A DNA stretch of 64,000 nt, from IMG/VR virus record IMGVR_UViG_3300028829_002503; one strand, written 5' to 3'. Below, piece by piece: positions 27,671-37,975 of the stretch. Origin of the DNA: a virus. Each line of letters starts with the position of its first letter. Position 1 is the stretch's first letter. The position numbers and the translations under genes were made by a program. The notes under the pieces are model-generated. The model was given only the letters and a program-made list of their open reading frames with translations, was not told the DNA's origin and did no database searches.

Positions 27671-29128
27671 ATGGCAGAGCAAATCAAATTTGGGGATAAA
27701 TTATTCCTTAAGGGCGAAACGTTAATACTAGACAATGGTGCTTCTGATGCCATAATTAAATCTGGTAACGGCACACTTAAGATTGATGGAAATCTCACTG
27801 TCTCAGGCACAACTACTACAGTAGAATCGGAAACTGTAACAATTGCTGATAACATACTTCTTATAAATTCAAATGCAACAGGCACTCCATCAGAGAACGG
27901 TGGTATTGAAATTGAAAGAGGCACCGAACCAAACGTAGAGTTGTTATGGGACGAAAGTGCTGACAGATGGTCAGTGGGCGCCCAAACATTTCATGCTGGT
28001 GCAATAGTTACAACTACATTTACTGGTAATGTAACTGGTGATGTAACGGGCAATATTACATCTAATGGACTATCAACATTTTCAAGCATCGACATTAATG
28101 GTGGTAACATTGACGGAACAGTCATAGGAGCATCAAACCCTCAAGTAGGTACGTTCACAACTCTAACTGGTACATTAGATTATAGTAATTTGATAAATGT
28201 ACCCGCTAATTTTACTGAATTAGTAGAAGACACAACACCTCAACTAGGTGGTAATTTAGATTTAAATACATTTGACCTTACTACAACTGATAATTTTGCT
28301 ACACTGACAACATCAAAGTCTTCAGGCAATACGGCAACCGTTGTCGCAACAACTGAAACAAATTTATCTAACACAACAATTTCTTTCGCAGATGATACGG
28401 GTAACGTTCAAACAGCCACGAGTGCTTATACAACACTTACTAGTACTGAAATAAACAATTTAGGATTTAAAGGAGAGGTATCATTAACTTATTTTGGTGC
28501 CGCGGCTCCGACAAGTAATTTCGTTTTCAGAGATGTATCTGATAATGCAGAACAAAACGATATGATTACTGTTTACTCATCATCTTTAGATGAGTATACA
28601 TTTACATTAGACCATGAAATATTATGGCAAATAGATTCAACCGATACTGATGTTTTCTTCAAGCAATATGCTTACGGAGAAATGACAGTAACAAGTGCAA
28701 CGGCACTTACAACATCAAACACTCAATTAAGAGATTCTAATGGATTTGATATTGATGTAGACCACGTTACAATTACAAATACTAGTGGCACAAATTATAA
28801 GATTGTATTCTGGACACACGATGTTAGTGTGGGAGATGTTATTACAGTTATTCATCCTTCTGAGGAAAATACGATATTTGGTTGGGGTGGTATAACTACA
28901 ACTGATGGAAGACTTACATTACTTGATTCTTCTGGTGATTTAATTTATAAATTACCTGCTACAGACGGTACAGCAAACCAAGTATTAAAAACAGACGGTT
29001 CAGGAGACTTATCTTGGGTTGCACAATCGGGCGGTGGTACTCCTACAATAACTTTATCAACATTAAAAAGTGTAGTTGCGGCAAGTAGTGACTTTGCAGA
29101 CTTCCAATCACGTATAGCGGCATTATAA
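27671..29128 (+). CDS. Virion fibre-like protein (short paralog)
   Basis: Shares its N-terminus (MAEQIKFGDKLFLKGETL) and an internal module with the next gene; GATAAATAC at 27623. Confidence 0.7.
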   Translation: MAEQIKFGDKLFLKGETLILDNGASDAIIKSGNGTLKIDGNLTVSGTTTTVESETVTIADNILLINSNATGTPSENGGIEIERGTEPNVELLWDESADRWSVGAQTFHAGAIVTTTFTGNVTGDVTGNITSNGLSTFSSIDINGGNIDGTVIGASNPQVGTFTTLTGTLDYSNLINVPANFTELVEDTTPQLGGNLDLNTFDLTTTDNFATLTTSKSSGNTATVVATTETNLSNTTISFADDTGNVQTATSAYTTLTSTEINNLGFKGEVSLTYFGAAAPTSNFVFRDVSDNAEQNDMITVYSSSLDEYTFTLDHEILWQIDSTDTDVFFKQYAYGEMTVTSATALTTSNTQLRDSNGFDIDVDHVTITNTSGTNYKIVFWTHDVSVGDVITVIHPSEENTIFGWGGITTTDGRLTLLDSSGDLIYKLPATDGTANQVLKTDGSGDLSWVAQSGGGTPTITLSTLKSVVAASSDFADFQSRIAAL

Positions 29129-29138
29129 GGAATAAAAG

Positions 29139-32100
29139 ATGGCAGAACAAATTAAATTCGGTGATAAGTTATTTCTTAAAGGTGAAACTTTAATAATAGA
29201 CAATGGTACATCTGATGCCATAATCATGTCTAAAAATGGCACACTTAGAATCGAGGGTGACTTAACGGTTCAAGGTGTAACTACAACTGTACTCTCTGAG
29301 ACAGTAAATATCCAAGACAATCAAATATTACTAAATTCTAATTTTACTGGACCAAATCCAACTGAAGACGCTGGTATTGAAATCGAACGTGGTGATGAAA
29401 CCAACTCTCATTTTCTTTGGCAAGAAGCATCTAGTAGATGGACAACTGGCGCACACGGCCTTCATTCAGGCTCAACAATTTCTGCAACTACATTTTCTGG
29501 TAATCTTACCGGCTCAGTAACAGGCGATATAACATCAACTGGAATATCAACTTTTACAAGTGTAGACATTAATGGTGGCAATATTGATGGAACAGTTATT
29601 GGTGCAACAAATCCTCAAGCAGGCACTTTCACAAATCTAAATGCTACTACTATAAACGGAGCAGTAACAGGAACAGTTTCTAATATTAGTAACCATGATA
29701 CTGATGATTTAGCAGAAGGAACAAATAATCTTTACTATACACAGGCTAGAGTTGATGCAAGATATGCCCAACTACAAGCAGATGCGAATTTTATAGAAAC
29801 GTTAGATGGTCAAGCGGGTTCATACTACTTAGATTATACAAATTTCACAAACACACCAACAACAATTGCAGGATATGGAATCACAGATGGACTAAGTGAT
29901 GTTGATGTCATATCAGTTGCTCCAACAACCGGTCAAACTGTAATTTGGAATGGAGCAACTTGGGCACCAGGTGATAGTTTCAGTCAAGCAGATTTTGATT
30001 CAGCATTCACTGCCAAAGACACAGACGACCTTAGTGAAGGTTCAACAAATTTATATTATACAGATGCAAGAGTTGGCAGTGTATTTGATACAAGATTAGC
30101 AACAAAGTTTACAGACGACCTAGCAGAAGGCTCAACAAATTTATATTATACAGATGCAAGAGCCGATGCAAGGGCACAGTTAAAGATTGATTCATTAGTT
30201 GATTCTGCACCAGGAACGTTAGATACATTAAACGAACTGGCAGCCGCATTAGGTGATGATGCGAATTTTAGTACTACGATAACAACTTCGTTGGCAGGTA
30301 AAGAACCAACAATAACTGCTGGCACAACTTCTCAATATTGGAGAGGTGATAAATCTTTTCAAACACTAGATACACTTGCAGTTGCAGAAAATACAAATTT
30401 ATATTATACAGATGCAAGGGCACAAGCAGTATCTATAAACAACATCGTAGAAGATACAACACCGCAATTGGGTGGTAATTTAGATTTAAACACTTATGAC
30501 CTTTCTACAACTGACCCTACAGTATCACTAACAACTACAACGACAGCCGTTACTACGCAAGGAACTGTTGGTGCATCAACAGAATCAAATTTATCTAATG
30601 CTACAGTTACAGTAAATGATGACGGAGATTATGCAAATGCTGTGAGTAGTTATGTAACACTTACAAGCACAGAGATTGATAATCTAGGATTTAAAGGAGA
30701 ATCTTCTTTAACATATTTTGGTTCAGCGGCAACTACAAGTAATTTCGTTTTCAGAGATGCATCAGACAACTTTGAACAGAATAATATGATTACTACTTAT
30801 TCTCCGCCAACAGATACATATACGTTTACCTTGCCAACAGACGCATCAACTCCTGTTAATTCAGCAGATGCAGATATAAACTTTAAGCAATATGCTTATG
30901 GAGAAATGACAGTAACAAGTTCAGCAGTTCTTAGTGGTAGTACTATTCAACTTAGAGATTCTAGTGGTTTTTATATTGATAAAGAACATGTTGAAGTTTC
31001 TTCTTTAGGTGGAACAAGTTATAAAATTATTTTCTGGTCACAAGATGTTAGTGTGGGAGACGTTATTGATGTTATAGCCTCATCGGCACAAACAGCACTG
31101 TTTGAATGGGGTACATCATCTTATTCTGAAACTGGATTCGCACTGTTTGAATGGCGTACATCATCTTATTCTGAAACTGGATTAGTTGCTACTGCTGAAA
31201 GTTTCTCTTTACAATCTTCTACAAATGATATATTTGCAATGGGTGATTTGGAAATCACAACAGGCACAACAACTGGCGAAGTAGTAGGAACGCTAATTTA
31301 TGATTCTCCTACTAACAACACTATTGTTTCTGGACTAACAACGGTTACGATAGATGGAACTGGATATCAATCTGCATTAACAGTTACCGAAGTCCCAATC
31401 ATAATGACTGGTAACGCTGATACTTCAAATGAACTTTCTATTGCAGTTGGCTCGGCAACAGATGCAAGACTTTGGTTGCTGAATAGTTCTGGAGATTTAA
31501 TTTATAAATTCCCAGCGGCAGATGGCACAGCAAATCAAGTAATGAAGACTGATGGTTCAGGTGACATTTCTTGGGCAACACAAAATACAGATTACGTCAC
31601 AGAAGGCTCAAATTTATATTATACAGATGCAAGAGCAGACGCAAGGGCACAATTAAAGATTGATTCGTTAGTAGATTCGGCACCTGGAACATTAGATACA
31701 TTGAACGAGTTGGCAGACGCACTTGGCGATGATGCTAACTTTAGTACAACGATGACAAACTCTCTTGCTACTAAACTCGCAATAGCAGATTTTAATTCTA
31801 CGTTTGATACAAGACTTGGCACAAAAACAACATCTGATTTGACAGAAGGTACAAATTTATATTACACAGATACTAGAGCGAGAGCCTCTATAAATGCAAC
31901 TGGTTCTTTAAGTTATAACAGTTCTACTGGTGTTATATCTTATACACAAGGTAACACTGATACCGTGACTGAGGGTTCAAGTAATTTATATTACACAGAT
32001 GCAAGAGCCTTAGCGGCAACAGATGGTGAAATAGTTAAGTTTGCAAATATGTTTGCAACAGAAGGCGACTTGCCTAGTGCTTCAACATACCACGGTATGT

Positions 32101-34616
32101 TTGCTCATGTGCATGGAACAGGAAAAGGTTACTTTGCACATGGTGGTAACTGGATTAAATTGATAGATGAAACATCATCAACGACAACTGATTTAACTGA
32201 AGGTGCAAATCTATATCACACAACAGCAAGAGCAAGAGCATCTATTAGTGCTACTGGTAGTTTAAGTTATGATAGTGCTACAGGTGTAATTTCTTACACA
32301 CAAGGAAACACAGACACAGTAGCAGAGGGTTCTACTAATCTTTACTTTACAGATGCTAGAGCAAGAAGTTCAATATCAGTGGGTGGTGATTTATCTTATA
32401 ACTCAACAACTGGTGTTATTAGTTTCTCGGAATCCGCATCACAAGTAACAAGTGTTAACACACAAACCGGTGCAATTGTATTAGATACAGATGACATAAC
32501 AGAAGGTTCTAACTTATACTACACAGATGCAAGAGCGAGAGCAGTTTCGATAGAGAACATCGTAGAAGATACAACACCACAATTAGGTGGTAATTTAGAT
32601 TTAAATACATATGACCTTACTACTACTGACCCAACAGTTACATTAACAACGACAACAACACCAGTCACAACACAAGGAACAGTTAGTGCATCATCAGATA
32701 CAAACTTATCAAATACTACAGTTACAGTAAATGATGACGGAGATTATGCAAACGCAGTAAGCAGTTATGTAACACTTACCAGCACTCAAATTGATACCTT
32801 AGGATTTAAGGGTGATATATCCCTAACATATTTCGGTGAAGCATCATCGTCTAGTAATTTTGTTTTCAGAGACACTGGAGACTCAATAGACCAGAATCAA
32901 ATGATTACGACTTATGCTCCGCCAACAGATACATATACATTTACATTATCAGCCCAACACGCAGATACAGATTCAGGTACTCCTGGAAATCAGAATCCAT
33001 TAAATATTTCTTCAGCAGATACGGATATAAAATTCAAACAGTCTGCATATGGAGAAATGACTGTAACAAGTTCAACAGTTCTTAGTGGTAGTACCATTCA
33101 ACTTAGAGATGCAGATGGATTTTACATTGATAAAGAGCATGTAGAAGTTACTAGTTTGGGCGGAACAAGTTATAAGATTACTTTCTGGACACACGAAGTT
33201 AATGTGGGAGATGTAATTGATGTAATAGGTACATCGGCACAAACAGCAATATTCGAATGGGGCACATCTACTTTCTCTGAAACAGGATTAGTTGCTACCG
33301 CAGAAAGTTTCTCAGTTTCATCATCTACAAATGATATATTTGCAATGGGTGACTTAAACTTCACAACAGGTAGTACGACTGGTGAAGTAGTAGGTACATT
33401 GGTTTATGACTCACCGACTAACAACACTATTATTTCTGGACTATCATCAGTAAGTATAGACGGAACAACATATCAATCAGCAATAACTAACACGCAAGTT
33501 CCAATCATAATGACTGGTAACTCAGGAACTTCTAACGAATTAAGTTTAACAGTTGGTTCAGGAACAGATGCAAGATTGTGGTTACTTGATAGTTCTGCTA
33601 ATCTAATATATAAATTCCCAGCGGCAGATGGCACAGCAAATCAAGTAATGAAGACAGACGGTTCTGGTGATATATCTTGGGCAACACAAAGCACTGATTA
33701 CGTTACAGAGGGTTCTAACTTATATTATACAGATGCAAGAGCAGATGCAAGGGCACAATTAAAAATTGATGCATTAGTTGGTGGTGCTTCATCAGCCTTT
33801 GATACACTATTAGAAATTGAAAATGCAATGGCAACTGATACTGAATTGACTAACGCAATTTCGGCATTAAACCATGACAGTCTTTCTGGATTTGTAGCAA
33901 ATGAACACATTGATTGGACTTCAGCATCAGCAGGAACTATTCACGCAAGTAACTATAATAATACTGGAGATACAACATATACTGCTGGTTCTGGGTTAAG
34001 TTTAGTAGGAACAGAATTTTCAAACTCTGCTCCAGACCAAACAGTATCATTAACAGGAGCAGGCGCAACAACAGTTTCGGGAACATATCCTAACTTTACT
34101 ATTACAAGTACTGATACGAATACAACAACTGATATTACGGGAACAATCATTCCAGCAACAGACAACACTTATGACTTGGGTAGTACTTCTAAGAAATATG
34201 CAAATATTTACGGTCATACAGTAGAAGCAACATATGCCGACTTAGCAGAACGATATGCTTCAGATGCCATATACGAGGCAGGAACAGTTGTAGTATTTGG
34301 TGGCGAAGCAGAAATCACAACAACACAACTTGCAGGTGACGTATCTGTTGCAGGTGTAATCTCAACAAATCCAGCACTCAAATTAAATGCAGAGGCTGGT
34401 AATTCACAGACACATCCTTATGTTGCATTAAGAGGAAGAGTGCCATGTCAAATTATTGGCCCAGTATCTAAGGGTGATTTGATTATAACAGCACACGATG
34501 AGCCAGGATATGCCAAGAGTAATGGCAAGTTTGACGCAGGTCGTTCAGTCTTTGCAAAATCCATAGAAACAGACCTATCAGAAGGCAAAAAAGTAATAGA
34601 AGTAGTCATCTTATAA
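29139..34616 (+). CDS. Long tail fibre with internal duplication and C-terminal intramolecular-chaperone (Peptidase G2/S74-like) domain
   Basis: 1825 aa; 11 EGxxNLYxTxAR-type repeats; SAPGTLDTLNELA.ALGDDANF twice; C-terminal YADLAERY..GVISTNPA..VALRGRVPC. Confidence 0.8.
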   Translation: MAEQIKFGDKLFLKGETLIIDNGTSDAIIMSKNGTLRIEGDLTVQGVTTTVLSETVNIQDNQILLNSNFTGPNPTEDAGIEIERGDETNSHFLWQEASSRWTTGAHGLHSGSTISATTFSGNLTGSVTGDITSTGISTFTSVDINGGNIDGTVIGATNPQAGTFTNLNATTINGAVTGTVSNISNHDTDDLAEGTNNLYYTQARVDARYAQLQADANFIETLDGQAGSYYLDYTNFTNTPTTIAGYGITDGLSDVDVISVAPTTGQTVIWNGATWAPGDSFSQADFDSAFTAKDTDDLSEGSTNLYYTDARVGSVFDTRLATKFTDDLAEGSTNLYYTDARADARAQLKIDSLVDSAPGTLDTLNELAAALGDDANFSTTITTSLAGKEPTITAGTTSQYWRGDKSFQTLDTLAVAENTNLYYTDARAQAVSINNIVEDTTPQLGGNLDLNTYDLSTTDPTVSLTTTTTAVTTQGTVGASTESNLSNATVTVNDDGDYANAVSSYVTLTSTEIDNLGFKGESSLTYFGSAATTSNFVFRDASDNFEQNNMITTYSPPTDTYTFTLPTDASTPVNSADADINFKQYAYGEMTVTSSAVLSGSTIQLRDSSGFYIDKEHVEVSSLGGTSYKIIFWSQDVSVGDVIDVIASSAQTALFEWGTSSYSETGFALFEWRTSSYSETGLVATAESFSLQSSTNDIFAMGDLEITTGTTTGEVVGTLIYDSPTNNTIVSGLTTVTIDGTGYQSALTVTEVPIIMTGNADTSNELSIAVGSATDARLWLLNSSGDLIYKFPAADGTANQVMKTDGSGDISWATQNTDYVTEGSNLYYTDARADARAQLKIDSLVDSAPGTLDTLNELADALGDDANFSTTMTNSLATKLAIADFNSTFDTRLGTKTTSDLTEGTNLYYTDTRARASINATGSLSYNSSTGVISYTQGNTDTVTEGSSNLYYTDARALAATDGEIVKFANMFATEGDLPSASTYHGMFAHVHGTGKGYFAHGGNWIKLIDETSSTTTDLTEGANLYHTTARARASISATGSLSYDSATGVISYTQGNTDTVAEGSTNLYFTDARARSSISVGGDLSYNSTTGVISFSESASQVTSVNTQTGAIVLDTDDITEGSNLYYTDARARAVSIENIVEDTTPQLGGNLDLNTYDLTTTDPTVTLTTTTTPVTTQGTVSASSDTNLSNTTVTVNDDGDYANAVSSYVTLTSTQIDTLGFKGDISLTYFGEASSSSNFVFRDTGDSIDQNQMITTYAPPTDTYTFTLSAQHADTDSGTPGNQNPLNISSADTDIKFKQSAYGEMTVTSSTVLSGSTIQLRDADGFYIDKEHVEVTSLGGTSYKITFWTHEVNVGDVIDVIGTSAQTAIFEWGTSTFSETGLVATAESFSVSSSTNDIFAMGDLNFTTGSTTGEVVGTLVYDSPTNNTIISGLSSVSIDGTTYQSAITNTQVPIIMTGNSGTSNELSLTVGSGTDARLWLLDSSANLIYKFPAADGTANQVMKTDGSGDISWATQSTDYVTEGSNLYYTDARADARAQLKIDALVGGASSAFDTLLEIENAMATDTELTNAISALNHDSLSGFVANEHIDWTSASAGTIHASNYNNTGDTTYTAGSGLSLVGTEFSNSAPDQTVSLTGAGATTVSGTYPNFTITSTDTNTTTDITGTIIPATDNTYDLGSTSKKYANIYGHTVEATYADLAERYASDAIYEAGTVVVFGGEAEITTTQLAGDVSVAGVISTNPALKLNAEAGNSQTHPYVALRGRVPCQIIGPVSKGDLIITAHDEPGYAKSNGKFDAGRSVFAKSIETDLSEGKKVIEVVIL
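30445..33770 (+). repeat. Two diverged ~1.2-kb direct copies of a fibre module (about 30445-31660 and 32559-33770); partial third copy at about 28222-29020
   Basis: Each copy runs from IVEDTTPQLGGNLDLNTYDL to IYKFPAADGTANQVMKTDGSGDISW. Confidence 0.9.
31095..31183 (+). repeat. In-frame 45-bp tandem duplication
   Basis: GCACTGTTTGAATGG(G/C)GTACATCATCTTATTCTGAAACTGGATT at 31095 and 31140, one mismatch. Confidence 0.95.
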
Positions 34617-34658
34617 TTAACTATAAGTATTGCATTTTGTCTGGTTTCGATAAATACA

Positions 34659-34745
34659 TTTAGAGGGAAACTCGCCCTCTAAATAAAAACCGAGGGTCCA
34701 AATAATCCTCAATGATAATTCAGAATTGGTCCAAATAATCGATTT
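34659..34745 (+). promoter_or_regulatory. Structured late leader: 9-bp hairpin followed by two hairpins with identical loops
   Basis: GATAAATAC 34649-57; TTTAGAGGG/CCCTCTAAA; GGTCCAAATAATC at 34695 and 34728, each enclosed by a stem. Confidence 0.65.
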
Positions 34746-34770
34746 TATATAAAATAACGGGAGAAAATAA

Positions 34771-37233
34771 ATGGCAGCATATGCAATTCAGTTCCGTCGC
34801 GGTACAACAGTAGAACACAACTCATTCACAGGCCTTTTGGGTGAAGTTACTGTAGATACAACCAAAAATACGGTTGTAGTCCACGATGGTTCAACAGCAG
34901 GTGGATACGCCTTGGCACTAGAGGGTGCCGCAGTATCATCATCGACTGGTTCGTTCTCAAGTAACGTAACAGTAGGTGGAACATTGGGTGTTACCGGTTT
35001 GACTACTATGTCAGGCGCGGCTGCAGTCACAGGAGACCTAACAATGACTGGTCACATTTTGCCAAGTGCAAACGTGACTTACGACTTAGGTTCAACTACA
35101 AAAATGTGGAGAGATGTTTACGTTGGTCCAGGTTCATTATACATTAACGGTAAGAAAGTTATTGAAGATGATTCAGGTACAATTAGTATAACAACAGATG
35201 CAAACGAAGACCTTAAGTTCACTACAAGTGGAACAGGTACTTTAAAACTAATTTCAAGTAACGGTATTAACTTTACTGGTGAATTAGGTGCAGTATCAGG
35301 TGATTTACAAATCGGTGACCACATCGATATGAATTCAAATCTAATTAAAGAAGTAGCAACTCCGGTTTCTACTACTGATGCGGCAAACAAAGCATACGTT
35401 GATTCAACATCGGCTTCAGCAGTAACAGGCGGCTCAAACGCTGTTTCTGGTACTACTGGCGCATTTTCTAGTAACGTAACAGTTGCTGGTAACTTAACAG
35501 TTTCGGGTACAACTACTACAGTTAACTCAGAAACAATTACAATGGCTGATAACCTATTCATAATCAATTCAAATGCAACTGGTGTTCCTACTGAAAACGG
35601 TGGTTTTGAAGTTGAGCGTGGTGATTCGTTAAATGTTCAGTTCTTATGGAACGAAACAGATGACAGATGGTCAGTAGGCGCACAAGATTTCCACGCAGGT
35701 GGTGAAATTATTGCGGCTGGTGGTATTGATGCATCAGATATTACTGTTACAGGTACTTTAACAGGTGCTGTGACTGGTAACGTTACAGGTAACGTTACAG
35801 GTAGTGCTGGTACAGTTACATCTATCGCATCTCATCTTTTAGATGAAGATAATATGGCTACAGACAGTGCAACTAAGGTTCCATCACAACAGTCGGTAAA
35901 GGCTTATGTAGATTCAGCAGTAGCGGGTAAAGACAACACTGATGAAATTACCGAAGGTTCAACAAACCTATACTATACAGATGCGAGAGTTGATTCTTAT
36001 ATCAACGCTTCTATTCTAACTACAGATGTATCTGAGGGTTCAAACCTATATTATACAGATGAAAGAGTTGATGACCGTGTAGGTGCTTTAATCGTAGGCG
36101 GTACAAATGTTACTGCAACTTATGATGATGCGAATGGTACATTAACTTTGGCTTCTACAGATACTAACACTACTTATTCAGTTCAGGATGGTGAGTTATC
36201 ACAAAATAACTTTACTACTACTTTAAAGGATAAGTTAGATGGTATCGAAGCAAGTGCGACAGCAGACCAAACTGATGCAGAAATCAGAGCGGCAGTTGAA
36301 GCGGCAACGGACTCAAACGTATTCACTGATGCAGACCATAGCAAATTAAATGCTATCGAGGCAACAGCGGATGTTACTGATGCTACTAACGTAGCGGCAG
36401 CCGGTGCAGTTATGGAATCAGATTCAACTACAGCGGCAATGTCGTTTGTTATTGATGAAGACAACATGGCATCAGATAGTGCTACTAAAGTTCCAACTCA
36501 ACAATCTGTTAAAGCATACACAGACTCACGTGAAACTGCAATTACAACTGCATACCAATCATATGCAGATACGGCAGAAGCAGATGCTAGAGCGTATACT
36601 GATACAGAAATTACAGCATTAGTTGATAGTTCACCAGCGGCAATGAATACGCTGAACGAATTAGCGGCAGCCTTAGGCGATGATGCTAACTTTAGTACAA
36701 CAGTTACTAACTCTATTGCTACTAAACTACCACTAGCAGGTGGTACAATGTCTGGTAACATCGCAATGGGTGGTAATGATATCACTGGTGGCGGTGACGC
36801 AACATTTACTAACTTCAACGGTACGGCGACATATGCAAAATATGCCGACCTTGCTGAAAGATATGCGGCTGACGCAACATATGAAGAAGGTACAGTAATG
36901 TCATTTGGTGGTGAAGCAGAAGTTACTTCAGCACAAGGCTATGGTTCAACTAAGATTGCAGGCGTAGTTTCTACTAAGCCAGCATTCGCAATGAACGATG
37001 CGGCTGGTAACTCAGAAACTCATCCTTTCATCGCTCTACAAGGTCGTGTACCATGTAAAGTTGTTGGAACAGTTTCTAAAGGCGACATCCTAGTAGCATC
37101 TGATATTTCAGGTACTGCTACAGTATGGACAGAATCAACAGTAGACCCACGTATGACAGCATATGTTGGTATTGCTATTGAAGACAAGACTACTGATGGC
37201 GAAGGTTATGTTGAAGTTAAAGTAGGTAAGTAA
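34771..37233 (+). CDS. Tail fibre with Mtd-N-like N-terminus and C-terminal intramolecular-chaperone domain
   Basis: AIQFRRGTT..H.SFTG..GEVTVDT.K.TVVVHDG.TAGG; C-terminal YADLAERY..IALQGRVPCKV. Confidence 0.8.
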   Translation: MAAYAIQFRRGTTVEHNSFTGLLGEVTVDTTKNTVVVHDGSTAGGYALALEGAAVSSSTGSFSSNVTVGGTLGVTGLTTMSGAAAVTGDLTMTGHILPSANVTYDLGSTTKMWRDVYVGPGSLYINGKKVIEDDSGTISITTDANEDLKFTTSGTGTLKLISSNGINFTGELGAVSGDLQIGDHIDMNSNLIKEVATPVSTTDAANKAYVDSTSASAVTGGSNAVSGTTGAFSSNVTVAGNLTVSGTTTTVNSETITMADNLFIINSNATGVPTENGGFEVERGDSLNVQFLWNETDDRWSVGAQDFHAGGEIIAAGGIDASDITVTGTLTGAVTGNVTGNVTGSAGTVTSIASHLLDEDNMATDSATKVPSQQSVKAYVDSAVAGKDNTDEITEGSTNLYYTDARVDSYINASILTTDVSEGSNLYYTDERVDDRVGALIVGGTNVTATYDDANGTLTLASTDTNTTYSVQDGELSQNNFTTTLKDKLDGIEASATADQTDAEIRAAVEAATDSNVFTDADHSKLNAIEATADVTDATNVAAAGAVMESDSTTAAMSFVIDEDNMASDSATKVPTQQSVKAYTDSRETAITTAYQSYADTAEADARAYTDTEITALVDSSPAAMNTLNELAAALGDDANFSTTVTNSIATKLPLAGGTMSGNIAMGGNDITGGGDATFTNFNGTATYAKYADLAERYAADATYEEGTVMSFGGEAEVTSAQGYGSTKIAGVVSTKPAFAMNDAAGNSETHPFIALQGRVPCKVVGTVSKGDILVASDISGTATVWTESTVDPRMTAYVGIAIEDKTTDGEGYVEVKVGK

Positions 37234-37261
37234 TTATCTAGTTTACTGAAAATAAACAACG

Positions 37262-37290
37262 AAAAAGGGAATCTTAGGGTTCCCTTTTTT
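37262..37290 (+). terminator. Intrinsic terminator
   Basis: AAAAAGGGAATC-TTAG-GGTTCCCTTTTTT. Confidence 0.85.
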
Positions 37291-37428
37291 ATTACCAAAT
37301 CGTTAACAAACATCTTAATAAACCTCACTTTTAGATAAATAAGAGTGTAGGGTTATGAAACTCTAACAGAACAACTAAGAGATACTATCTCGAGGTTAAA
37401 CACATAACATTTCTTAAGGAGAAATAAC

Positions 37429-37686
37429 ATGGCAGCAAAAGCAACTAACGGTAACGGCTTAGGTTCGATTACAACAATTTTAGATTCAGACGCAGTAGTG
37501 GCAGACCAAGCGGCATTAGACGCAATCTCGGCAGCACTACAAAATGCAGGTCACACAGTGGTAGGTATTGATGGCGCACTAGCGGCAGTAATGCACTTCG
37601 CAATTCAAGGTGGTCCAGATGCATCAGGTTACGCGGCAGAAGTTATGGGTCAGGCTCTTTCAGCAGTTTGTACTTTTAACAACTAA
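37429..37686 (+). CDS. Small Ala-rich monocistronic late protein (possible virion decoration)
   Basis: GATAAATA at 37334, SD AAGGAG, terminator directly after the stop. Confidence 0.7.
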   Translation: MAAKATNGNGLGSITTILDSDAVVADQAALDAISAALQNAGHTVVGIDGALAAVMHFAIQGGPDASGYAAEVMGQALSAVCTFNN

Positions 37687-37705
37687 GAAATCTTTTAATT
37701 AAGTG

Positions 37706-37734
37706 AAAAAGCCCTCTTTATGAGGGCTTTTTTT
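37706..37734 (+). terminator. Intrinsic terminator
   Basis: AAAAAGCCCTC-TTTAT-GAGGGCTTTTTTT. Confidence 0.85.
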
Positions 37735-37764
37735 ATGTCTAATGATATCTTTTTTTATATTTTG

Positions 37765-37878
37765 TATAAATAGATATGTAAGTGATAAAGAAAAACACTT
37801 ACGATAGTTGAGATATCTTCCGACTAATCAAATGCATGAGACTTTTCCGTGCAGTACATTGAGAATCCTTCCGATGTA
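37765..37878 (+). promoter_or_regulatory. Late promoter TATAAATA plus leader with three tandem TGAGA-N3/4-TTCCG hairpins
   Basis: Stems at 37805-26, 37833-53 and 37855-78, all closed by U-G then G-C around an AGA..TTC loop. Confidence 0.7.
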
Positions 37879-37975
37879 TAAAAAATAAAAATAAGTAAAA
37901 TAAACGTTATGTATATTATTTCATGGAATGGTCCGTGGAGTAATCAATAACAATGGCTAATTATAGGAGATAATA

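Noticed and set aside
34771-37233. Diversity-generating retroelement suggested by the Mtd-like N-terminus
   Set aside because: No reverse transcriptase and no adenine-specific TR/VR pair seen; the C-terminus is a chaperone domain
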